Part shown: positions 6,807-15,254 of the stretch, one piece after another
Layout of the letters: the number at the start of each line of letters is the position of its first letter
Numbering within the stretch: the first letter of the stretch is position 1
Source of the DNA: Thermotogota bacterium
GTDB taxonomy: Bacteria > Bipolaricaulota > Bipolaricaulia > UBA7950 > UBA9294
DNA: 16,005 nt
Reading direction: 5' to 3'
Assembly: GCA_039679545.1 (NCBI GenBank)
Contig: JBDKUT010000114.1
Coordinates: forward strand, 1-16,005
Position numbers and translations under genes: made by a program
Notes under the pieces: generated by a model
The model's input: only the letters and a program-made list of their open reading frames with translations
Databases searched by the model: none
What the model was told of the DNA's origin: nothing

Positions 6807-7226
6807 ATGATTTACTCCAAGACCGCCAAGTACGCCGTCCTTGCACTCGCCGAAGTCTCCCTCCGTTCCCACGGCGACTACGTCTCGACCCGCGAGATTG
6901 CCGACGTCGCTTCCATTCCGTATCCCCACTTCGCGAAGACCATCGCGCTTCTCAAGCGGGCCGGGCTGATCGCAACGTCCCGCGGCAAGACGGGCGGCAT
7001 CCTCCTTGCCTGCCCGGCCAAGGACATCACTGTGCTCGATGTCGTCATCGCCGTTGACGGCCCCGACACGCTGAACGACTGTCCCCTTTTCCTCGAATCG
7101 TGCGATTGCACCCGAACCTGTTCGCTGCACGGATTGTGGCGTGAGGCGCACGACGCCGTCGTCGCCTTCCTGAAGCAAACCACCATCGCTGACGTCGCCG
7201 CAGCCCGCGCGAGCGTCGTCTCCTAA
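6807..7226 (+). CDS. Rrf2-family transcriptional regulator, Fe-S ligand type (IscR-like spacing)
   Basis: SKTAKYAVLAL...EIA...SRGKTGGILL...ITVLDVV; C92, C99, C101, C105, H108; FLKQTTIADV. Confidence 0.95.
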   Translation: MIYSKTAKYAVLALAEVSLRSHGDYVSTREIADVASIPYPHFAKTIALLKRAGLIATSRGKTGGILLACPAKDITVLDVVIAVDGPDTLNDCPLFLESCDCTRTCSLHGLWREAHDAVVAFLKQTTIADVAAARASVVS

Positions 7227-7280
7227 GATTCCTGGCACCCTCTCCACACCTTCTTCACGGGAAGGAACTACTGTCGCTCG

Positions 7281-7320
7281 TATATTGGACATTCTGCCCC
7301 AAATATCCATATCGTGGGGC
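7281..7320 (+). promoter_or_regulatory. Putative promoter/operator of the envelope operon
   Basis: AT-rich patch; TGGACA-N18-TATCGT; imperfect dyad ATATTGGACA-TTC-TGCCCCAAAT and second dyad GCCCCA...TGGGGC. Confidence 0.45.
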
Positions 7321-7361
7321 TACGATGCCGGCGGCGAAATGCCATCCGTGAAAGGTGAAGC

Positions 7362-8342
7362 ATGCAGATGAGAAAGACCGTGGCGTCTCTGATTGTGCTC
7401 ATGATCGGCATCCCTTTGAGCCTCGGGATCGCTCTGGGAAACGCAGAAGGTGCGGAGGGTATCGCCCTCCCCAACGAGGGAGGATCCTGGGCCCTCGCAT
7501 CGGTGATGCGCACCGACCCACCCCCGACACAGTCGGGAACGCTCGAGATTCGCGGCGTCGGTACGTTCACGTACGACCCGGCGGTCGTAGAGACGTTGCG
7601 GCCCGACGTGTTTGCGAAGGGTCGGTTCTCGGCCTTCGACGTCCTCGCTGCGCTTGCGGCAGCGGGCAAGGTCGATGTCCACTACGTGTATGACGAGAGC
7701 CAGGCTACGTATGTGATCCAGTCGATCGATGGGCTCACCGGGTGGTGGTACGACGTCCGCCTTCCCGGAGGCGCCTTCGAGCGAACGGTTCTCCGGATGG
7801 ACACGTACCCCATCAAGAACGGAGCGGAGGTCTACCTCTACCTCGAGGACCCGGCCAGGCTCGCGGCGATCGAATCGAGCTTCCAAGAGGAAGTCGCGCT
7901 CCGCGCGGCGAACGGCGGCCGGATCATCGTTCCGACGGTCACGATCAAGGGACCAAGGTCCACCGTGACCTTCCGCGACCTCGTTGTGACGTCCCACAAC
8001 GTCCGCCCCGATGTCTTTCGGCCGGGCGCAATCACCACGCTCGACGTCCTCTTGAGCCTTGGCGAGCAAGGGCGGATCTCCGGTCTTGAATTGGCTTGGC
8101 ACGCCGCGCTCGGCGACGTGTCCAACGTGAATCACTACATGGTCGATTGGATCTCGCTTCCCGGCGTCCTCGGAGAGAAGGACTCGCTCTGCGGCTACAT
8201 GGACGAAGCGGCAACGGAGGGGCTGCGGGGCTTCCTCACGCCGCACTCGCACGCCACGACACAGATCCACCTCTCGTCCGACCTCGAGTTCCTCGTGTCT
8301 CCCGGGTACGTCGAGTGGCAGTGGCTGTGCGCAACCCCGTAG
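7362..8342 (+). CDS. Secreted protein with two internally repeated domains, DUF4430/transcobalamin-beta-like
   Basis: Signal peptide MQMRKTVASLIVLMIGIPLSLGIALG; repeats RPDVFAKGRFSAFDVLAAL and RPDVFRPGAITTLDVLLSL; YVIQSIDGLTGWWYDV. CDS is solid, fold call tentative. Confidence 0.7.
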   Translation: MQMRKTVASLIVLMIGIPLSLGIALGNAEGAEGIALPNEGGSWALASVMRTDPPPTQSGTLEIRGVGTFTYDPAVVETLRPDVFAKGRFSAFDVLAALAAAGKVDVHYVYDESQATYVIQSIDGLTGWWYDVRLPGGAFERTVLRMDTYPIKNGAEVYLYLEDPARLAAIESSFQEEVALRAANGGRIIVPTVTIKGPRSTVTFRDLVVTSHNVRPDVFRPGAITTLDVLLSLGEQGRISGLELAWHAALGDVSNVNHYMVDWISLPGVLGEKDSLCGYMDEAATEGLRGFLTPHSHATTQIHLSSDLEFLVSPGYVEWQWLCATP

Positions 8343-8379
8343 TCGCGCCGGGCACCGTCTCAACAAGGAAGGGTGAGGT

Positions 8380-9498
8380 ATGAACTGGATCCTACGTGCG
8401 AACCTCAAGCGCAGGAAGGCACGACTTGCGTTGACGATCGGAGGGATTGCAGTCGGCGTTGCGACGCTGTTTGCCCTGCTCTCCTTCAGCGCCGGCATCG
8501 CCACAGCGCTCGAGCGCGAGCTCGACAGCCTCGGCGCTCATATCATCATTCTCCCAGTCGGCTGCCCGTACTCGCTCACGCTCGCTCTCATGCAAGGAGC
8601 CGACACGATCGAGTACATCGACGAGGCCTCGCTGGCTGAGTTCCGAGCGGTGAGCAATGTCGAGGTCGCCGCGCCGGCCGTGGTCGGCCGCGCCAAGGTA
8701 AACGGCACGCTCCTACCGATCTACGGCACCGATATCGAAACCGCCGCGCTTAAGCACTGGGACCTCACAACGTTCGACGGAGCGGTAATCGGCAGCAAGG
8801 CGGCCGCGGATCTCGGACTCTCCGTCGGCGACACCATCACGGTCAGCCTCTACGCTCCGATCACCATCGCGGTGACCAAGGTCCTGCCGGTGACCGGCGG
8901 GCGCGACGACACGTTCGTCTTCCTGCCGCTCGCCGAGGCCCAGCAGGTTCTGGCGCTGAACGGCAAGCTGTCGGCCGTGCTCGTGCGAACAGCCGACGTG
9001 TCCCGCGTCTCGGAGACGCGGAGCTTGCTCGGCCACATGATGGGCGTCCAGGCGGTCCCGCCGAACGAGGTCTTCGACACGCTCGTCGGCATCCTCGCCA
9101 CGGTGAGGCAGACGATGATCCTCATCGCCGGGATTGCGATCGCTGTCGGTGTCTTCACCACCATGAATACCATGATCATGTCGGTGCAGGAGCGCCGGCG
9201 CGACATCGGCCTCCTTCGCGCCGTCGGAGCGACTCGGCGCGAGGTGTTCAACCTCTTCCTGTATGAGTCGGTGACCGTGTCGGCGATCGGCGGACTCGTC
9301 GGGCTCGGCGCCGGGTACGTCGCTACGCTCCTCTTGCCCCGAGCGAGCGGCCTCGGCCTCGAAGCCCTGCCGCAGTACTCGCTTGCGTTCATCGGGATCT
9401 GCCTCGGCGTCGCGATCGCCGTCGGCACGGTCGCGGCGCTCTATCCGGCCATGATGGCCACGCGCGTGCAGCCGATCCGCGCACTGAGGGAATTATGA
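8380..9498 (+). CDS. MacB/FtsX-type (type VII) ABC transporter permease
   Basis: RRKARLALTIGGIAVGVA TM1, large extracytoplasmic domain with VGCPY, SVQERRRDIGLLRAVGA motif, terminal LYPA...QPIRALR. Confidence 0.93.
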   Translation: MNWILRANLKRRKARLALTIGGIAVGVATLFALLSFSAGIATALERELDSLGAHIIILPVGCPYSLTLALMQGADTIEYIDEASLAEFRAVSNVEVAAPAVVGRAKVNGTLLPIYGTDIETAALKHWDLTTFDGAVIGSKAAADLGLSVGDTITVSLYAPITIAVTKVLPVTGGRDDTFVFLPLAEAQQVLALNGKLSAVLVRTADVSRVSETRSLLGHMMGVQAVPPNEVFDTLVGILATVRQTMILIAGIAIAVGVFTTMNTMIMSVQERRRDIGLLRAVGATRREVFNLFLYESVTVSAIGGLVGLGAGYVATLLLPRASGLGLEALPQYSLAFIGICLGVAIAVGTVAALYPAMMATRVQPIRALREL

Positions 9499-10151
9499 TC
9501 GTCGAGCTGATCAGGGTTTCGAAGGAGTACGGCCAGAGGACGCGCTTCGTGGCCGTCCGCGACATCGACCTCTGCGTGACCACGGGCGACTTCCTCTCGA
9601 TCGTCGGTCCATCCGGATCCGGGAAGTCGTCTCTCCTGCATCTCGTCGGTTGCCTCGACCGCCCCACCTCGGGTTCGGTGCGGGTCGACGGAGAGCCGGT
9701 CGATCGGTTGTCCGACGCTGAGCTGAGCCACGTGCGACGGGAGCGGATCGGCTTCGTATTCCAGCAGTTCTACCTCAACGACGCGATGACCGCGCGGCAG
9801 AACGTTCTCCTTCCGCTCGAGCTGGCCCACGTGAAAGGGCGCCAGGAGCTCGCCCGCGCGGCACTCGCCGACGTCGGACTGTACGGCAAAGAAAAGAGTT
9901 ACCCGTCGCAGCTCTCAGGCGGAGAGCAGCAGCGCTGCGCGGTCGCGCGCGCTCTCGTGAACTCCCCCGAGCTGTTGCTCGCGGACGAGCCGACGGGCAG
10001 CCTGGATTCTCAATCCGGCAAGAACATCCTGCAGCTGATGGAACGTCTCCGCGACGCGCGCGGCCTCGCGCTCGTCATCGTCACGCACGATCCGACGGTC
10101 GCCGCTCGCGCGAAAACGCACATTTCAATTCAAGACGGGAGGATCGCATGA
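9495..10151 (+). CDS. ABC transporter ATP-binding protein (LolD/MacB family)
   Basis: [40 protein letters not shown] overlap with the permease stop. Confidence 0.96.
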   Translation: MIVELIRVSKEYGQRTRFVAVRDIDLCVTTGDFLSIVGPSGSGKSSLLHLVGCLDRPTSGSVRVDGEPVDRLSDAELSHVRRERIGFVFQQFYLNDAMTARQNVLLPLELAHVKGRQELARAALADVGLYGKEKSYPSQLSGGEQQRCAVARALVNSPELLLADEPTGSLDSQSGKNILQLMERLRDARGLALVIVTHDPTVAARAKTHISIQDGRIA

Positions 10152-10705
10152 AGGACGTTGGAGTCTGGATTCTCGTTGGATTGGCGGTCGTCGGCGTCGG
10201 ACTCGCCAGCGCCTGGGGCCTCGGCGCGTTCGGAACGCGATCCACCGCGGTTGCGCAGTCAGCCCCGGCAGCCGCTCCGGCCCCACAGCCTGCCAAGGGG
10301 AACGGTGCCCCCGTTCCCGCGTCGGCCGTCGTCCAAGCTTCGACGTCCGTAGAGCCGGTACAGGTTGTCGTTGCGGCGGCACAGGCTCCGACAGCACAGA
10401 CTCCAACGCCGTCGGACGCGATCGCCGACGTCACGATCTGGGATCTCATCCAAAAGGGATCGCCGTACGCCGGCCGCACAGTCCGCGTCCGTGGGACCAT
10501 CATCACGCAGTGCATGAGCGGGTGCGAGTTCGGCCTCGCCGACGACTCCGGCACCCTTTCCGTCCAACTCGTCGGCCCTGCCCTCGAACAGCTCGTTCCT
10601 TCCGGCAGCGTCGGGAAGAAGGCGGAAGCCATTGGAGTCCTCTCGACCGGCGATCGACCGCAGCTCATCGTCGACGACCCCGATCACTGGAAGATCCTGA
10701 ACTAG
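10148..10705 (+). CDS. Membrane-anchored/secreted OB-fold-like protein with CxxxC motif and Pro/Ala linker
   Basis: N-terminal hydrophobic helix, AP-rich linker, YAGRTVRVRGTIITQCMSGCEFGLADDSGTLSV; ATGA overlap with the ATPase stop. Confidence 0.75.
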   Translation: MKDVGVWILVGLAVVGVGLASAWGLGAFGTRSTAVAQSAPAAAPAPQPAKGNGAPVPASAVVQASTSVEPVQVVVAAAQAPTAQTPTPSDAIADVTIWDLIQKGSPYAGRTVRVRGTIITQCMSGCEFGLADDSGTLSVQLVGPALEQLVPSGSVGKKAEAIGVLSTGDRPQLIVDDPDHWKILN

Positions 10706-10816
10706 AGGCGCTTCCGGAGCACCTCGGACTCCGGCGGCGCGAACCGCCCACAGGAACTTCGCGGCGGGTCGCCAGCGGACAGGCACGAAGAACCGATGGA
10801 AGAGAGGGGGAGAAGA

Positions 10817-11245
10817 ATGATTCGAAGGCTGGCGGAAAAGCAAGTCCTGCTCGCTCTTGCCCTCCTTGCCGTCCTCACGGCGGCCCAAGGCTGCGGCATC
10901 CCCGCGGTCACGACGCCAGGCACCGAATCCGTCGCCGAGGTCCAAGTGACGGAGGATCCGAAGGGTGGACTCTACATCACAAAGCTCTCCTGCACGTTCC
11001 AAGTGGTCACGGTGAGCGGCGGCGCCCTAGCGGTGCCCGCCACGCTCCGTGTGAAGTGGGTCGCCGCGTGCGGTGTCCACAAGACCGAGACCTTCCAGTT
11101 CACTGGAGGTGAGCAGATTTACATGACCATGTACTTGGAAGCCGGCGGATCCTACATTGCAAAGACGTTGTGGGTTGAGATCACGTGGGAAGATGCCGAA
11201 GGCAGTCACCGAATCGAGAGCGCCGTCGCAGAGTGCTCCATCTAG
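10817..11245 (+). CDS. Probable lipoprotein of unknown function
   Basis: MIRRLAEKQVLLALALLAVLTAAQGC (non-canonical lipobox); purine-rich SD upstream; beta-strand-rich body with three more Cys. Confidence 0.7.
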   Translation: MIRRLAEKQVLLALALLAVLTAAQGCGIPAVTTPGTESVAEVQVTEDPKGGLYITKLSCTFQVVTVSGGALAVPATLRVKWVAACGVHKTETFQFTGGEQIYMTMYLEAGGSYIAKTLWVEITWEDAEGSHRIESAVAECSI

Positions 11246-11338
11246 CCCCGCAGCCGACCTAGGCCCACGAACCTCGCACGCGCCGTTTGCCCCTTGTACG
11301 ATGGACGGAAGACGACAGCTCGACAGCGGAGGCGCGGA

Positions 11339-12442
11339 TTGGACAAGGAACCGGCGCAGATGAGTTCACCTGTTGGCGCCCGCACGACGATCAACGGGCG
11401 CGAGGTCGATTACTTCTGCGGCACGAGCTACTACGGCCTGCACGGTCACCCACAGGTGATTGCCGCGGCGCGTGAAGCGCTTGCGGCGTATGGCGTCGGA
11501 ACGGCAACCGCCGCGTGGACGCCGGCACACGCCGAGGTTGTCGAGCGGGCGGGTCGCTTCCTCGGAACCGAAACCGTCACCTACGTCGCTTCGGGGTACT
11601 TGGCGCCGCTCGTCCTCTTCCAAGCGCTCTCCCAGGATTACGACGTCGCCTTTGCCGACGACGCCTCCCACTACGGCGTTCTCGACGCCCTGAGAGCGGT
11701 CGGCAAGGACGTTGTCCCATTCCGCCACCTCGACCCCGACGACCTCGCGCGTCAACTCACGATGAGCGGCCGCGCTGGCAGAAGATCTCTCGTGGTCACC
11801 GACGGCGTCTTCCCGTCAACCGGGGCCATCGCTCCGCTCTCAATCTACGTCGACACCCTCCGACGTCATCCCGACGCCATCCTCTGTGTCGATGACGCCC
11901 ACGGCCTCGGCGTCATCGGCACGAACGGGCGAGGCAGCCTCGAGTACCACGGCGTCGAGAAGAACGGTGCGCGCTTCTGCGGCACGCTGAGCAAAGCGTT
12001 CGGCGGCGCCGGCGGCATCGTCCCTGGAGACCACGCCCTGGCGACGCGGATTCGTCAGGCGTCGCGCGTCCCCCGCGGTGCTTCGGCTCCCTCGGTGCCG
12101 GCAGCCGCGGCCTCTGCCGCAGGCGTGCGCATCCTCGCCGAGCACCCTGAGATGCGGCAGCAGCTCTGGAACAACGTCCGACGCGTGAAGTCCGGTCTGC
12201 GTGCGCTCGGCTTCGACCTCGCCGATACGCCCGTTCCGATCGTCAGCCTCCGGGGACGCCCATCGATCGATCTCCTCCGCGTCCGAGAGACGCTCGAGCG
12301 GCAGGGCATCCTCGTCCACCACTCGCCTCCGCATGGCTACTCGGATTCTCCCGATGTCGAGACTCTCCGCATTGCCATCTTCTCGACCCACACGCCGGAG
12401 CAGATCGACCGACTCGTCGACGCCGTCCGCCGCGCGGCCTGA
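11339..12442 (+). CDS. PLP-dependent class II aminotransferase / alpha-oxoamine synthase (BioF/Kbl-like)
   Basis: YFCGTSYYGL, SGY, SHYG, TDGVF, DDAHG, GTLSKAFG (PLP lysine), LRIAI. Start TTG 11339 (GGAGG 6 nt upstream) or ATG 11360. Confidence 0.9.
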   Translation: MDKEPAQMSSPVGARTTINGREVDYFCGTSYYGLHGHPQVIAAAREALAAYGVGTATAAWTPAHAEVVERAGRFLGTETVTYVASGYLAPLVLFQALSQDYDVAFADDASHYGVLDALRAVGKDVVPFRHLDPDDLARQLTMSGRAGRRSLVVTDGVFPSTGAIAPLSIYVDTLRRHPDAILCVDDAHGLGVIGTNGRGSLEYHGVEKNGARFCGTLSKAFGGAGGIVPGDHALATRIRQASRVPRGASAPSVPAAAASAAGVRILAEHPEMRQQLWNNVRRVKSGLRALGFDLADTPVPIVSLRGRPSIDLLRVRETLERQGILVHHSPPHGYSDSPDVETLRIAIFSTHTPEQIDRLVDAVRRAA

Positions 12443-12522
12443 GTCGGCCGCGGCCGATTTGTCTTGAACCGGCGTAGCTCAGTAGAATGCGAGTGCTTCA
12501 ACCTCAAGCTAAGGAGGGGGCT

Positions 12523-12690
12523 ATGGCGAAGAATGGTGGCGTGTGCATGGGTGGCGGCAGCCTGGCCGGGCTCGTTTGGTTCGGCGGGTGGCTCTTCACG
12601 ATGGCGTTCGCGAAGCTGCTTTGGTGGCAGTGCATCGTGAGCCTCGTGATCTGGCCGTACTACCTCGGTATCCTCGCGCGCGGCGCGTAG
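12523..12690 (+). CDS. Small Trp/Gly-rich membrane protein (55 aa)
   Basis: AAGGAGG SD before ATG 12523; two hydrophobic segments; WPYYLG near the end; candidate promoter TTGTCT-N18-TAGAAT at 12459-12488. Confidence 0.8.
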   Translation: MAKNGGVCMGGGSLAGLVWFGGWLFTMAFAKLLWWQCIVSLVIWPYYLGILARGA

Positions 12691-12750
12691 CGCACTCCCG
12701 CCCGGAGCGCATCAGCAATCCGGGGCACGATCAACATCCCGGGAGAGACC

Positions 12751-13359
12751 GTGCACCCATCCGACCACACGGTCTGCGGTGGTTTTCCTTGCGGTGACGT
12801 CGAGCATCGCCTGTACAGCGTTCCGAGAATCGACGTCACCGCGAGGCGTGTCTCTCTTGTCGTGGTCTCGGAAGCCGCTGCACCGCGGATCGAAGACGGT
12901 TACTACGCGGCGGACGATTCTCTGTTCGCGCGAACGACGCTCCAGGCCTTCCGCGACGCCGGTGCGAATGTAACGTCCGTCACAGACCTCTTGAAGCGCG
13001 GTGTCTACCTGACGACCGCCGTCAAGTGTGCCAAAACGGCGTATGCCGTCCAGACGGCTACGGTCAACGCGTGCTCACAGCTTCTCGAGCAGGAGCTTGC
13101 CCTCTTTCCGAACGTGCGCGCCGTCCTCCTCATGGGTGACGTCGCGATCAAGGCGCTCTGTGCAATCGCGCGGCGGGCGGGAGAGCCCCGGCCGATCCCT
13201 GCTGGGGCGACCTACAAGCTGCGCGGCCCCGAGTATATGTGGCGAGGGATTCGCGTTTTCCCGTCGTACGTGCAGGCGGGTCCAAGCTTCTTCATCGAGG
13301 CGTCGAAACGACGAATGATCGCCGAGGACATCGCCGCGGCGCTGGCTCTCGTCAAGTAA
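12751..13359 (+). CDS. Uracil-DNA glycosylase superfamily protein (divergent, Fe-S type)
   Basis: VVSEAA, YLTTAVKC, ACSQLLEQEL, VLLMGDVA, VFPSY; N-terminal CGGFPC plus two more Cys at family 4/5-like positions. Confidence 0.8.
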   Translation: MHPSDHTVCGGFPCGDVEHRLYSVPRIDVTARRVSLVVVSEAAAPRIEDGYYAADDSLFARTTLQAFRDAGANVTSVTDLLKRGVYLTTAVKCAKTAYAVQTATVNACSQLLEQELALFPNVRAVLLMGDVAIKALCAIARRAGEPRPIPAGATYKLRGPEYMWRGIRVFPSYVQAGPSFFIEASKRRMIAEDIAAALALVK

Positions 13360-14161
13360 CCGACTGTGGCTTCGTCGCCACCCAGATCATCTGGGAGCTG
13401 TCGTCCGACAAGGGCTCCCCGAAGAAGTCGCCGTACGTTGCGCGCACCTCAAGGCCGACGCGCGCTATCAGGTGCTCAACCTCGAAGCGGAAGAGGCAGT
13501 GCAAGCGAATCGGCCCCGTCTCGTGAGACTCAACCACGTGGCCGTTCTCGTCGAGTTCCTCCCATCGCGTCTCGCAGATCGCCGTCTGCGTCGAGCGCTC
13601 GTACCTCCACGCCCGCATGGCGCGTACCGCGCGCCCTGTCTTCGGCCGCCGGAACGTTTCCTCTTCTTCGAAGACGCCGCCCTTCGCCCTCACGAGGTCG
13701 CCAAGCCACGCCATGTCCTGGTGGTCGAGATGAACGATGAGGGTGCCGCCCGGAGCGAGGTGCCGCTTCACGCAGGACAGGCACGCGACTTGATCGTCCG
13801 GCGTCAGAAGGTTATGGAACGCGTGACCTGGGATCAGGATGAGTCCGAACGTGCGCTCGAGGTCGAACGACCGCATGTCGGCCTCGACCCACGAGACGTT
13901 CGGAACGTCCACGCTCTTCTCCCGCGCGGCCTCGAGCATGGCGCTCGACAGGTCCAGCCCCACGACCTTGGCTCCCGCCCGCGCCAGCCGAAGAGCCACG
14001 CGCCCCGTACCGCAGGCGAGTTCGAGCACCACTTCGCCGCACGTCTTCGCCCAGTCGGCCGCGTCGAGGTAGAAGCTGATTTCGCCCGGCCAGTCCGGCA
14101 CCGCGGCGTCGTACGTCTCCGCGTAGTACCCCCGATCGAGGCTGATCCCTTCGTCATCCAC
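13352..14161 (-). CDS. Class I SAM-dependent methyltransferase
   Basis: YAETYD, VLELACGTGR, GLDLSSAML, ADMRSF, HLAPGG; GTG start overlaps the ferredoxin stop. Confidence 0.93.
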   Translation of the reverse strand: MDDEGISLDRGYYAETYDAAVPDWPGEISFYLDAADWAKTCGEVVLELACGTGRVALRLARAGAKVVGLDLSSAMLEAAREKSVDVPNVSWVEADMRSFDLERTFGLILIPGHAFHNLLTPDDQVACLSCVKRHLAPGGTLIVHLDHQDMAWLGDLVRAKGGVFEEEETFRRPKTGRAVRAMRAWRYERSTQTAICETRWEELDENGHVVESHETGPIRLHCLFRFEVEHLIARVGLEVRATYGDFFGEPLSDDSSQMIWVATKPQSVT

Positions 14162-14819
14162 GCGATCGCCCCTCGTGGCTCTTGGAGCCCGCGGCTCGCT
14201 TCACGAGTTCGATCGCCCCGGACGGGCACGTGCTAACGCAGAGGCCGCACCCGAAGCACTTCCCCTCCTCAAAGACCGCGTGGTCCGCGCTCGCGGTCAT
14301 CGTGAACGCTCCGAAGTGACACCGCTTCTCGCACTGCCCGCAGCCAACGCACGACCCCGCATCGAACCGCGCTATGTAGTTCGACTCCACAAACCCCTCG
14401 CGGAAGTCGCGTCCCCGCCAATCCTGGAACGGCCCGCAGCAGCACGAGCAACAGGAGCAGACGATGGTGACCTGTTCCCCAGGTTTGTGGTACGCCATGT
14501 GCACGAGTCCGGCGCGGTGCGACCTCTCCAGGACGTCAAGCGCCTCGTCGAGGGAGATCGGACGCCACCCGTCCTTGTCGATGCTCCGTCGCCCCTCGTC
14601 GTTGATGCCCAGGCACACCTCGAGCGGCCGGCCGCATGCGTCAGCCCTCTTGTCCCTGCGGCACATGCACTCGCCGACGGCGATCAGCTCCGCCCCCGCG
14701 AGGAGTTCACGCATCTCCGGCTGTGTAAGCACGACCTCGGTCGCCGTGATCTCCACGTGCATCGGGACCGTGTGTCCGATGTACTCCGTGGGCGTTCGTT
14801 CGCTTGTCTGATCCGACAT
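14154..14819 (-). CDS. Cys-rich protein with C-terminal 2x[4Fe-4S] ferredoxin domain
   Basis: CVGCGQCEKRC and CFGCGLCVSTCP; additional CMCR...C...C and CSCCSCCC. Start ATG 14819 (or GTG 14855). Confidence 0.92.
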   Translation of the reverse strand: MSDQTSERTPTEYIGHTVPMHVEITATEVVLTQPEMRELLAGAELIAVGECMCRRDKRADACGRPLEVCLGINDEGRRSIDKDGWRPISLDEALDVLERSHRAGLVHMAYHKPGEQVTIVCSCCSCCCGPFQDWRGRDFREGFVESNYIARFDAGSCVGCGQCEKRCHFGAFTMTASADHAVFEEGKCFGCGLCVSTCPSGAIELVKRAAGSKSHEGRSRG

Positions 14820-14861
14820 CCCGCTCCCTTCCAGATTGATGGGCTCCTCGCCCACGTCCGA

Positions 14862-15254
14862 CTACGGCACCAGTTCGATCGCCGCCGCCTCGTGGATCAG
14901 CCGCACGATCGCCGGCCGTCGGGCGTCGTCCGCGGACCGAATCGGCACATACCGTTTCGAAAGACGATCCCCCTCGAGCCGGTGCTCCGGGTCCTCAAGC
15001 CTGACCCCGTGGATAAAGTCGAGACGCACCATGCCGCGGCGGACGACGATCTGGCAGATCGCCCCCTTGACGCGCCCACCGATCCACGGCGTGTGGTACG
15101 AGAGCCCGTCCCAAAGCACTGTCTCCTCGGCGTCGGGCACCGTGCAGCGCACGACCTCGCGAAGCGCCTCGACGATAACGCGCGACGGCGGCGGCACACC
15201 GTCGACGAACCGCCGAACATCATCCGTGCCCGACGTTCCGCTCAGGGTCGCCAC
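14862..15254 (-). CDS. DUF1801 (YdhG-like) domain protein
   Basis: DVRRFV...LREVVRCTVPDAEETVLW..LSY, F.HG..L.DP...LEG, LIHEA; likely GTG start at 15254 overlapping the upstream stop. Confidence 0.78.
   Translation of the reverse strand: MATLSGTSGTDDVRRFVDGVPPPSRVIVEALREVVRCTVPDAEETVLWDGLSYHTPWIGGRVKGAICQIVVRRGMVRLDFIHGVRLEDPEHRLEGDRLSKRYVPIRSADDARRPAIVRLIHEAAAIELVP

Noticed and set aside
6807..7226. Assigning the symbol iscR
   Set aside because: No isc/suf genes adjacent; ligand spacing alone does not define the subfamily.
7227..7361. Cobalamin riboswitch ahead of the putative B12-binding gene
   Set aside because: The leader is too short and lacks the conserved GGGAA and GCCACTG elements.
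10705..10725. Hairpin GAGGCGCT...AGCACCTC after the OB-fold gene as a terminator
   Set aside because: Imperfect stem and no U-tract on either strand.
11339..12442. Assigning the symbol bioF
   Set aside because: Substrate-loop divergence and lack of biotin gene context make the specific function uncertain.
12469..12510. tRNA-like 5' half (CCGGCGTAGCTCAGTAGAATGCGAGT...)
   Set aside because: No T arm, acceptor 3' strand or proper anticodon loop; the TAGAAT is better explained as a -10 box.
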